Below, piece after piece: positions 1 to 6,464 of a stretch of DNA of 64,000 nucleotides. Within the stretch, counting starts at the first letter, position 1, and the number at the start of each line of letters is the position of its first letter. The DNA is taken from the IMG/VR virus record IMGVR_UViG_3300047510_001118, positions 1-64,000 of that record. One strand, given 5' to 3'. The notes under the pieces are model-generated. The model did not search any database, had not been told where the DNA came from, and was given only the letters and a program-made list of their open reading frames with translations. The translations under genes were made by a program, and so were the position numbers.

Positions 1-318
1 GGTGCTTCCGTTCCACAGCATCTAACAACAGTTATTTCAGACCTAGTAACATGCCATACTATGTCGCGTAGTATATGCGTCCATATACGATACCTGTCGA
101 GTGCTATCAACTAAAGTGTCTAGCCACTCCCACCACAGGAGCCCTAGACTGAGCGGTTACTCTGTCCACATATTTTTCCATTTAGACGGGTTATGGTCCC
201 GCCTTAGTGATTTCTCAAGTCGCTCTTAAATGGAGCCTTGCGGTAGATCCTAAGCACCGTGCTGTTCTCGCTTACAGCAATCGCGCACTTTCTTCCTGAA
301 AAGTGTAACAGGGGTTAG
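1..318 (-). ncRNA. candidate large structured non-coding RNA (runs off window edge)
   Basis: No ORF. Dense hairpins (gtctag/ctagac, atacta/tagtat, gctgt/acagc, cacttt/aaagtg) plus crossing pairings gagcg/cgctc and tccattta/taaatgga. Confidence 0.5.
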
Positions 319-891
319 TTACAGCAGACCTTCTGCTTGTAGAGTCTTTACAGACTCATCACTCAGGGCGACCTGAGTTTGAACATTCAACTCCAAGATT
401 TCGTCTTGAAGTTTTTGTTTGGCTTTTTTGGCCGTAGATACTTCACGACGGAAACCGTCAAGATCTTCTTTGGTAAACACTGTGGTGTCTACTGTGTCGT
501 GGTATCCGTAGATACTGCGACGGCTTTCGCTTTTATCGTTACGGATTTTATCCAAACGACCTGCGATGACCTTTTCGCTTTCGCGAACTTTATTGCCAGC
601 CAGTCCGTTGTAGAACTGGATTTGTTTTTCTAAGTTTGCTACATCGGCCAAGCGGCTGTCAATACCAACCTGTGTGTTTGCTCCACTGACACTCTTACGG
701 ATTTCGTAGAGTGCTGTATTCAGCCCATTCCTACGCTGAATGTTTGTTTTAACTGTTGTGGCCACACGGCTGATCTCTAGTTCAGCATCTTGGAATTCGT
801 TGACTTTGACTGTAACATCAAACTCAAGACCTTTGATAGCCTCATTGATACCATTTTGTAAAGCACTTGCTTTGCGTAGAGAGATGTTCAT
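319..891 (-). CDS. hypothetical coiled-coil phage protein
   Basis: 190-aa ORF with AAGGA SD and its own consensus sigma70 promoter. Confidence 0.8.
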   Translation of the reverse strand: MNISLRKASALQNGINEAIKGLEFDVTVKVNEFQDAELEISRVATTVKTNIQRRNGLNTALYEIRKSVSGANTQVGIDSRLADVANLEKQIQFYNGLAGNKVRESEKVIAGRLDKIRNDKSESRRSIYGYHDTVDTTVFTKEDLDGFRREVSTAKKAKQKLQDEILELNVQTQVALSDESVKTLQAEGLL

Positions 892-914
892 TGCTGTTTC
901 CTTATGATGTGTCT

Positions 915-943
915 ATTATACATTGACTGTATTTTGTTGTCAA
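915..943 (-). promoter_or_regulatory. sigma70 promoter TTGACA-17-TATAAT
   Basis: Perfect consensus on minus strand. Confidence 0.85.
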
Positions 944-959
944 TACGTTTTGGTGATAT

Positions 960-1051
960 TGGTACCCCCGGCGGGAGTCGAACCCACATTGGCCAATTAT
1001 CTGTTGCTCACGGGATATAAATCCGCTGTTTTACCATTAAACTACAGGGGC
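960..1051 (-). tRNA. tRNA-Ile(TAT), with 22-nt variable region
   Basis: Cloverleaf, T-loop TTCGACT, encoded CCA, anticodon loop TTTATAT. Confidence 0.75.
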
Positions 1052-1062
1052 ATATAAAAGAA

Positions 1063-1172
1063 GCTCGGCTGGCGCTTGAATCCGCGGTAACCCTTCTCTT
1101 CCTGGCACCTCTCTACGTCGTCATGATATCTAGTAGAGTTCAGTGTTGTTCCAGTGTAGTTACTGACCGAGC
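1063..1172 (-). ncRNA. ~110-nt structured RNA between tRNAs
   Basis: Nested stems GCTCGG/CCGAGC, GTAAC/GTTAC, CTGG/CCAG, CTCTAC/GTAGAG. Confidence 0.55.
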
Positions 1173-1177
1173 AAACT

Positions 1178-1251
1178 TGGAGCGGGATACGAGAATCGAA
1201 CTCGTAACTAGAGCTTGGAAGGCTTTCGTTTTACCATTAAACTAATCCCGC
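1178..1251 (-). tRNA. tRNA-Gly(TCC)
   Basis: Cloverleaf, CCA, anticodon TCC. Confidence 0.95.
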
Positions 1252-1256
1252 ATAAA

Positions 1257-1331
1257 TGGTACACCGTAGGAGAATCGAACTCCTCTTACCTGCGTGAAAG
1301 GCGGGTGTCCTAACCGATAGACGAACGGTGC
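1257..1331 (-). tRNA. tRNA-Glu(TTC)
   Basis: Cloverleaf, CCA, anticodon TTC. Confidence 0.95.
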
Positions 1332-1335
1332 TTTG

Positions 1336-2121
1336 TTAAAGATATTTCTGTATTCTTTCTGCTATATTAGCCTGTAATTCTAATTTCATAGTGCCGTTTT
1401 CAGCACCATTGGAATGATATTGTTTAAAAAAATCTATACAATCAATACCACGTCCCATGATACGATCAAAAACTTCGATGTTTTCTTTTTCGTCGTCTCC
1501 GAATCGAACCACAGTCCATTTCAATTTATAATGATTTAATACTTTTACTAACTGTGTATAACTTTTAGAATGTTTTCTAATATACCATTCTCTTGTCTGC
1601 GACAATTGAAAAGCCATACGTTTTACTAATTCTTTGTGTACTTCTATAGGATAATCGTCTGGATTATATTCTACATCGCCATAATTGGGACTTTTTTCAA
1701 ACACATATCTTTTCCCATTATGTTTAAATGAACTTACAATATGCGGAAATGTAAAGTCTGTTACTAGCACATGATCTGGCTGTCCGTGCTTTTCTAAATA
1801 TTGTAAAAGTCTTTTATGGTAACCAACAAAATGGGCACCATTCAAACTACGATTAACTACTGTTCCGGGCAACAAGTTTGGCCAACTAGAATTAAGTTCT
1901 TGTTGTCTTAGATATGCCCAAACAGCAGATTCTATATTTTTTGTCGGCATTGGCTCTTCAACTTTATTTTCAATCTTATGTTTTAGATACCATTTGAACG
2001 CCTGAGGAAAATTTTTATGAAACCGAAGACTCCAAGTTCTAGGAGCAGTTTCATCTAAAATTTGATCTGCTAAACAGTTGTTTCCGTTACTTTGACAATC
2101 GCCTAATACTAATATTTTCAT
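1336..2121 (-). CDS. hypothetical protein, SGNH/GDSL-like N-terminus
   Basis: 261 aa, 'KILVLGDCQS' resembles the GDS block; AT-rich insertion in the tRNA array. Confidence 0.6.
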   Translation of the reverse strand: MKILVLGDCQSNGNNCLADQILDETAPRTWSLRFHKNFPQAFKWYLKHKIENKVEEPMPTKNIESAVWAYLRQQELNSSWPNLLPGTVVNRSLNGAHFVGYHKRLLQYLEKHGQPDHVLVTDFTFPHIVSSFKHNGKRYVFEKSPNYGDVEYNPDDYPIEVHKELVKRMAFQLSQTREWYIRKHSKSYTQLVKVLNHYKLKWTVVRFGDDEKENIEVFDRIMGRGIDCIDFFKQYHSNGAENGTMKLELQANIAERIQKYL

Positions 2122-2129
2122 AATTTATA

Positions 2130-2204
2130 TGGTGGAGGATGGGAGGATCGAACTCCCAACTCATGCTTGCAAAGCACATGTGTTCCCATTAGCACCAATC
2201 CCCC
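2130..2204 (-). tRNA. tRNA-Ala(TGC)
   Basis: G3:U70 pair, anticodon TGC, CCA. Confidence 0.95.
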
Positions 2205-2206
2205 AT

Positions 2207-2392
2207 TTAATCTTTATCAGGACAATCTGGATCTATATCCTGATCGTAATACTCGTTCTTCATTATTGCTTCATCAAACTGTTCGTTATCTGACTTTTTC
2301 TTTTTACTAAAGATAGTATCCCAGTTGTTGTCAAAGGTTTTTTGATCAACACTAAATGGTCTTGGTTTACTACCCTTTCCACCGTCTGACAT
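2207..2392 (-). CDS. small conserved phage protein (MSDGGKGSKPRP...)
   Basis: Strong AAGGAG SD; fills the gap between tRNAs. Confidence 0.75.
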   Translation of the reverse strand: MSDGGKGSKPRPFSVDQKTFDNNWDTIFSKKKKSDNEQFDEAIMKNEYYDQDIDPDCPDKD

Positions 2393-2408
2393 AACATCTC
2401 CTTAAAAT

Positions 2409-2485
2409 TGGCTGGCCTACCTGGGCTCGAACCAGGGACCCTTTGATTAACAGTCAAATGCTACTACCAACTGAGCTATAGGCCA
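2409..2485 (-). tRNA. tRNA-Asn(GTT)
   Basis: Cloverleaf, anticodon GTT. Confidence 0.95.
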
Positions 2486-2493
2486 ATAAAACT

Positions 2494-2568
2494 TGGTACC
2501 TGGTGACAGTTTCGAACTGCCGACCCTCTCGGTGTAAACGAGACGCTCTACCCCTGAGCTAACCAGGC
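2494..2568 (-). tRNA. tRNA-Val(TAC)
   Basis: Cloverleaf, anticodon TAC. Confidence 0.95.
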
Positions 2569-2578
2569 AAACTAACAT

Positions 2579-2656
2579 TGGTCGGAGTACAAGGATTCGA
2601 ACCTTGGACCCCCTGGTCCCAAACCAGGTGCGCTAGCCAGACTGCGCCACACTCCG
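2579..2656 (-). tRNA. tRNA-Pro(TGG)
   Basis: Cloverleaf, anticodon TGG. Confidence 0.95.
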
Positions 2657-2657
2657 A

Positions 2658-2810
2658 TTAACTTGGTATTACATGCGGTATATACGGAACTGCTCTTGGA
2701 CCACCATAGAGTTGTTCAAAAAGTTTTTTAGCCTCTTGCGGTGTCGCCGCATAGATTCTTTTCTTTTCTTCACCACTTGGTGTTCTTACAGTTGTTTCAT
2801 ACATTGGCAT
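2658..2810 (-). CDS. small hypothetical protein (MPMYETTVRTP..., 50 aa)
   Basis: AGGAG SD just after the tRNA-Gly CCA; start corrected from the ORF track. Confidence 0.7.
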   Translation of the reverse strand: MPMYETTVRTPSGEEKKRIYAATPQEAKKLFEQLYGGPRAVPYIPHVIPS

Positions 2811-2822
2811 ATAATAACTCCT

Positions 2823-2898
2823 TGGAGCGGGATAAGAGGCTCGAACTCTCGACCTATACCTTGGCAAGGTATCGCTCTACCAACTGAGCTAATCCCGC
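2823..2898 (-). tRNA. tRNA-Gly(GCC)
   Basis: Cloverleaf, anticodon GCC. Confidence 0.95.
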
Positions 2899-2906
2899 AT
2901 AAATTT

Positions 2907-2941
2907 TGGTGCCCCAAGAGAGACTCGAACTCTCACAGAGC
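2907..2941 (-). pseudogene. isolated 3' half of a tRNA (T-arm, acceptor 3' strand, CCA)
   Basis: GAGAG-TTCGAGT-CTCTC-TTGGGGC-ACCA with no upstream arms. Confidence 0.8.
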
Positions 2942-2945
2942 AAAT

Positions 2946-3022
2946 TGGTGCCTCAGGAGGGACTCGAACCCTCAAAATTTGGCTTCTAAGACCAACACGT
3001 ATACCAATTCCGTCACCGAGGC
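2946..3022 (-). tRNA. tRNA-Leu(TAG), short variable loop
   Basis: Leu-type D-loop GGAATTGGTATAC, anticodon TAG, A73. Confidence 0.9.
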
Positions 3023-3456
3023 GTCTTTCTTTCTTCCCACTTGGCTTTGATTGCTTCTGCTATCTTTGCTTTGTGTTCCGGAGACTTAGTTTTACCTAAG
3101 TTTCCTTTTCCTGCCTTACTTGCTGTTTTACGAGCTTGTAACGCACGAGCTTTTTCTAAACCGTGTTTTTCAACAGTTCTTTCCCAAATAGTTTTGCCAC
3201 TGTTTTCAACTTGATCTTGCCTATTCTCTTGTGCCGTCCCCCAATACAGATGATTAGGATTACCGCACTTAGCATTATGACAAGCATGACATAAATGAAC
3301 TTTATGTCCTGTTGGAACAGTTGTATCTAATAAATGTGCTAACAGTCCTTTGAAATAGTAACTGCCAGCACCTCGTTCAACACAGGCTTCATCTAACTTG
3401 AGATGGTTCTGTCTTTCTGCCTTAGGTAGTAAAATGTATTCTTCTATTAGTTTCAT
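3013..3456 (-). CDS. HNH homing endonuclease with NUMOD3-like C-terminus
   Basis: HLCHACHNAKCGNPNHLYWGTAQEN motif; GKTKSPEHKAKIAEA; start taken at MKLIEEY. Confidence 0.8.
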   Translation of the reverse strand: MKLIEEYILLPKAERQNHLKLDEACVERGAGSYYFKGLLAHLLDTTVPTGHKVHLCHACHNAKCGNPNHLYWGTAQENRQDQVENSGKTIWERTVEKHGLEKARALQARKTASKAGKGNLGKTKSPEHKAKIAEAIKAKWEERKTPR

Positions 3457-3484
3457 ACATTTATTTATGCTAAACACGACAAAA

Positions 3485-3511
3485 GCGTGTCTACCATTCC
3501 ACCACCAGGGC
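3485..3511 (-). pseudogene. isolated 5' half of a tRNA-Leu-like gene
   Basis: GCCCTGG-TGGTGGAATGGTAGACACGC, then abrupt loss of tRNA similarity. Confidence 0.75.
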
Positions 3512-3518
3512 AAAAAAT

Positions 3519-3593
3519 TGGTGCCGGATGTCGGGATCGAACTGACGACCTACCGCTTACAAGGCGGTTGCTCTACCACTGAGCTAATCCGGC
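3519..3593 (-). tRNA. tRNA-Thr(TGT)
   Basis: Cloverleaf, anticodon TGT. Confidence 0.95.
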
Positions 3594-3617
3594 GTGATTC
3601 TATTTATGAAAACTATT

Positions 3618-3692
3618 TGGCGGTCTCAACGAGAATCGAACTCGTCCCTACGGCGTGACAGGCCATTATACTAACCGATATACTATGAGACC
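3618..3692 (-). tRNA. tRNA-Asp(GTC)
   Basis: Cloverleaf, anticodon GTC. Confidence 0.95.
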
Positions 3693-3768
3693 ATATAGAA
3701 GCACACAGACTAACTACCAGAAACACTTATAGTGTCATTACTCGGTTCGAGCCAATGTGCTTTTATAT
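3693..3768 (-). ncRNA. inter-tRNA structured RNA A (shared closing stem)
   Basis: ATATAAAAGCACA...TGTGCTTCTATAT terminal stem. Confidence 0.5.
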
Positions 3769-3857
3769 GGTGGAGCCTGAAGGAATTGAACCTAACTGCC
3801 AGCCACCCAACAATATTATGGCAACGGATTTACAGTCCGCCGTTGGGAACAGGCTCC
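3768..3857 (-). tRNA. atypical tRNA-Tyr(GTA)
   Basis: Anticodon arm GCGGA-CTGTAAA-TCCGT, 8-bp acceptor, no D-stem, long V-arm. Confidence 0.7.
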
Positions 3858-3872
3858 AAACTTACGCGAAAT

Positions 3873-3884
3873 TTTTAAAGAACA
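3873..3884 (-). promoter_or_regulatory. boxA-like antitermination element TGTTCTTTAAAA
   Basis: Matches rrn boxA consensus TGCTCTTTAACA; lies downstream of the internal promoter. Confidence 0.6.
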
Positions 3885-3890
3885 AACAGT

Positions 3891-3983
3891 TGGTGGAAGG
3901 TGTGGGATTCGAACCCACGCACCGCATTTTGTACGGTGGACGGTTTAGCAAACCGCTGCCTTCGGCCACTCAGCCAACCTTCC
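3891..3983 (-). tRNA. tRNA-Ser(GCT)
   Basis: Long V-arm, anticodon GCT. Confidence 0.95.
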
Positions 3984-3995
3984 TAACTTGTGTCT

Positions 3996-4024
3996 ATTAT
4001 ACGACAAGTTTTTTAACTTGTCAA
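3996..4024 (-). promoter_or_regulatory. internal sigma70 promoter TTGACA-17-TATAAT with palindromic spacer
   Basis: TTGACAAGTTAAAAAACTTGTCGTATAAT. Confidence 0.85.
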
Positions 4025-4032
4025 CTACTTTA

Positions 4033-4122
4033 TGGCGGAAGCGGTGAGATTCGAACTCACGGACCATTTCTGATCGTCTGTTTTCAAGACAGGTGCAATA
4101 AACCGGACTCTGCCACACTTCC
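4033..4122 (-). tRNA. tRNA-Ser(TGA)
   Basis: Long V-arm, anticodon TGA, G73. Confidence 0.95.
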
Positions 4123-4130
4123 ATAAATTT

Positions 4131-4211
4131 TGGTGCCCCTAATCGGATTCGAACCGATAGTTATGACACTCCTTTTGAGAGAGCCGCCTTTACCAATTTG
4201 GCCATAGGGGC
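4131..4211 (-). tRNA. tRNA-Leu(CAA)
   Basis: Anticodon loop CTCAAAA; reduced V-arm. Confidence 0.9.
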
Positions 4212-4216
4212 AATAC

Positions 4217-4288
4217 TGGCGCCTCTGGAGAGATTCGAACTCCCATAACCTGGTTTAGAAGACCTGGCACTGCTCCATCAGCAGAGGC
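4217..4288 (-). tRNA. tRNA-Arg(TCT), compact D-arm
   Basis: Anticodon loop CTTCTAA; 72 nt. Confidence 0.8.
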
Positions 4289-4291
4289 TAC

Positions 4292-4375
4292 TGGTGCGAG
4301 AGACGGGACTCGAACCCGTATGCCTTTCGACGGCAGATTTTAAGTCTGCTGCGTATACCATTCCGCCACTCTCGC
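4292..4375 (-). tRNA. tRNA-Leu(TAA)
   Basis: Cloverleaf, anticodon TAA. Confidence 0.95.
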
Positions 4376-4379
4376 ATAC

Positions 4380-4455
4380 TGGTGCCGCTCCTTGGGATCG
4401 AACCAAGTTCCTCGGTGCTTCAAACCGGTGCAATGACCACATTTGCTAAAGCGGC
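4380..4455 (-). tRNA. tRNA-Phe(GAA)
   Basis: Anticodon loop TTGAAGC. Confidence 0.9.
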
Positions 4456-4504
4456 AAAAGAAAAACTCTACACACTAACTATGTTAACCGAGTAGAGCCA
4501 TAAT

Positions 4505-4579
4505 TGGGGTGAAGCCGGGAATCGAACCCTGCCTTACTGTTTCACAGACAGCCGTGCGTACCACTACACTAGCAACACC
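4505..4579 (-). tRNA. tRNA-His(GTG)
   Basis: G-1:C73, anticodon GTG. Confidence 0.92.
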
Positions 4580-4585
4580 ATTGTT

Positions 4586-4659
4586 TGGTATCGCGTACGG
4601 GGATCGAACCCGCCTGACTAGGTTGAAAGCCTAGTGACCTCCCAGAAGTCCAACGCGAT
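4586..4659 (-). tRNA. tRNA-Glu(TTC), second copy, divergent
   Basis: Anticodon loop CTTTCAA. Confidence 0.88.
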
Positions 4660-4665
4660 GTTGTT

Positions 4666-4743
4666 TGGCACCCCTGGAAGGACTTGAACCTTCGACTCCT
4701 ACCTTCGCAAGGTAGTACTCTGATTCCGCTGAGTTACAGGGGT
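4666..4743 (-). tRNA. tRNA-Arg(GCG)
   Basis: CTACC-TTGCGAA-GGTAG anticodon arm. Confidence 0.85.
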
Positions 4744-4905
4744 ATTAATACGTTCTAAAGCATCACGTCGCATTTTAAACGGACGATGCTCATCGGGACG
4801 ATGTACAATCAAATATTCCACACCGTCAATGTTTTCGGTCACACGGGTATCGTCACAGACAAATCGCTCATTATTAAAACGATTTTTAAACATAGTTTGT
4901 TTCAT
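4699..4905 (-). CDS. small hypothetical protein; 3' end overlaps tRNA-Arg(GCG)
   Basis: AAGGAG SD; 68 aa. Confidence 0.65.
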   Translation of the reverse strand: MKQTMFKNRFNNERFVCDDTRVTENIDGVEYLIVHRPDEHRPFKMRRDALERINTPVTQRNQSTTLRR

Positions 4906-4927
4906 GACAATCTCCTTAAAGTTGTTT

Positions 4928-5002
4928 TGGCCGGCCTGGAGAGATTCGAACTCCCGACTGCTGGTTTCGAAGACCAGAACTCTTCCACTGAGCTACAGGC
5001 CG
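4928..5002 (-). tRNA. tRNA-Arg(TCG)
   Basis: Anticodon loop CTTCGAA. Confidence 0.92.
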
Positions 5003-5010
5003 ATAATGTT

Positions 5011-5084
5011 TGGCACGGGTGCTAGGGCTCGAACCTAGAATAACAGAGTCAAAGTCTGTGGTGTTACCATTACACTACACCCGA
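5011..5084 (-). tRNA. tRNA-Gln(TTG)
   Basis: Anticodon TTG, G73. Confidence 0.93.
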
Positions 5085-5091
5085 TCAGAAC

Positions 5092-5166
5092 TGGTGGTAA
5101 TGGAAAGAGTCGAACTTTCACAGCGCACCGTATGAAGGTGTTGCACTACCATTATGCTACATTACC
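5092..5166 (-). tRNA. tRNA-CAT (elongator Met or Ile2)
   Basis: Anticodon CAT; lacks initiator C1:A72 mismatch and 3 G-C pairs. Confidence 0.85.
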
Positions 5167-5319
5167 ATATAGAAACATACTAATGAACCAGCCTGACGCA
5201 GCCGTACGCTTGGCAGATCGTTTCCAATCTGTTTCTCGCTTTTCTCGGTACTCTGTATGTTCAGGATTCCGCAGTCCTCAATACAATCGCTTGTAAGGGC
5301 AACTAATATGTTTTTATAT
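5167..5319 (-). ncRNA. inter-tRNA structured RNA B (shared closing stem)
   Basis: ATATAAAAACATA...TATGTTTCTATAT terminal stem, internal hairpins. Confidence 0.55.
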
Positions 5320-5392
5320 GGTAGGGGCACAGAGAATCGAACTCTGATTAATAGGTTAAAAGCCTACTACTTTGCCGTTAAGTTATACCCCC
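5319..5392 (-). tRNA. tRNA-Lys(TTT)
   Basis: Anticodon TTT. Confidence 0.93.
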
Positions 5393-5518
5393 ACGATCTT
5401 ACCACTCTTGTCACTTTCCATAACAGGATCTCCTATTTTAAATTTTTGTCGATAAAATATATCAATACTACAAGCATGAGTAAAACGGCCACCGCCCCAT
5501 TTTAGTTCCCCTTATAGT

Positions 5519-5593
5519 TGGTGCCTAATCTTGGGAACGATCCAAGGACCTATGCGTTATCAACACATTGCTCTACCACTGAGCTAATTAGGC
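5519..5593 (-). tRNA. tRNA-Ile(GAT)
   Basis: Anticodon GAT; variant T-loop ATCGTTC. Confidence 0.9.
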
Positions 5594-5799
5594 AAAATGA
5601 ATTTGTAAGTAGTTGCCCCATCGTTATAGCAACCATTCACCCGTGTAATTAAGCCGGCCGGGACTCGGTACGTCACTTGGAATACTTAACCAACGTGTCT
5701 ATTTTTTGCTAGGGTTTTGCGCCCCCCGTTGCCTTACTATAGTCAGCTCTTCGAAGAAGCCTGCTATAGTGTCTTTCTCTTGCTGACACTTACAAAACT

Positions 5800-5877
5800 T
5801 GGAGTGAGGAGTCGGATTTGAACCGACGGCTTTACAGTTTTGCAGACTGTTGCATTGGGCCTCTCTGCCATCCTCAC
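5800..5877 (-). tRNA. tRNA-Cys(GCA)
   Basis: Anticodon GCA, U73. Confidence 0.93.
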
Positions 5878-5883
5878 ATTACT

Positions 5884-5960
5884 TGGCGACCCGGGAAGGA
5901 TTTGAACCTCCGACATTTGGTTTTGGAGACCAACGTTCTGCCAGACTGAACTACCGAGCC
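5884..5960 (-). tRNA. tRNA-Trp(CCA)
   Basis: Anticodon CCA, G73. Confidence 0.93.
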
Positions 5961-6232
5961 ATAAATTATAACACACTCACGATCGGGAATCCCTAATCCA
6001 TAAACAAACTATGTCTGTTTATAAAGAATGTGTGTATTAAAACATTCTAACAACGCAGGCTATGCCTTACTACGCTATGAGTGTAGCCGTCCCTATAGAA
6101 TGCTTTAATACGCTACCGTTTTACACATCTAGGTTATCGCCCTAGACTTACCATCAGGTAGGCCGCCCACATTATAGTCTTGTTTAAAGTGTAGACAGGG
6201 TCGCGTTCCCTATACCACTTTACTGCTGAACC

Positions 6233-6415
6233 TTAACGATCAGTGTGCCAAAGAAGACTGCTCTTCTTTAATGCTTCTCTGAGTGTACGGGCTCTGTCAA
6301 ACTTATCTTGAATAAGTTTGCGTGTCTGTTCATCGCTTAATGTATAAGCAGACACGTAAGCCTGTTCAACAATCTTCTTGTTTAATTTTGTGTAATCTAT
6401 GTCTTTTGTTTCCAT
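6233..6415 (-). CDS. hypothetical protein, first gene after the attenuator
   Basis: AAGGAG SD, 60 aa. Confidence 0.7.
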   Translation of the reverse strand: METKDIDYTKLNKKIVEQAYVSAYTLSDEQTRKLIQDKFDRARTLREALKKSSLLWHTDR

Positions 6416-6427
6416 TTTTCTCCTTTA

Positions 6428-6464
6428 ACAAACAAAAACCCCAGGGTTTTTAATCCTGGGGTCC
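6428..6464 (-). terminator. intrinsic terminator (attenuator) ahead of the tRNA array
   Basis: ACCCCAGG-loop-CCTGGGGT followed by TTTTGTTTG. Confidence 0.85.

Noticed and set aside
5434-5500. Hydrophobic mini-ORF between tRNA-Ile and tRNA-Lys
   Set aside because: The nearby ATG is out of frame with the hydrophobic stretch; support is too weak.
960-5960. Suppressor tRNA or stop-codon recoding
   Set aside because: No CTA/TTA/TCA anticodon found, and conserved genes are intact in the standard code.
2263-5976. ORF-track entries overlapping the tRNA array (e.g. 2263-2457, 2673-3050, 3398-3658, 3755-4126, 4786-5038, 5257-5505, 5764-5976)
   Set aside because: These are translations of tRNA/ncRNA genes or their antisense strands, with no SD or protein-like features.
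6135-6170. Hammerhead ribozyme core
   Set aside because: Sequence reads CTGATGG rather than CTGATGA, and no correctly placed GAAA follows.
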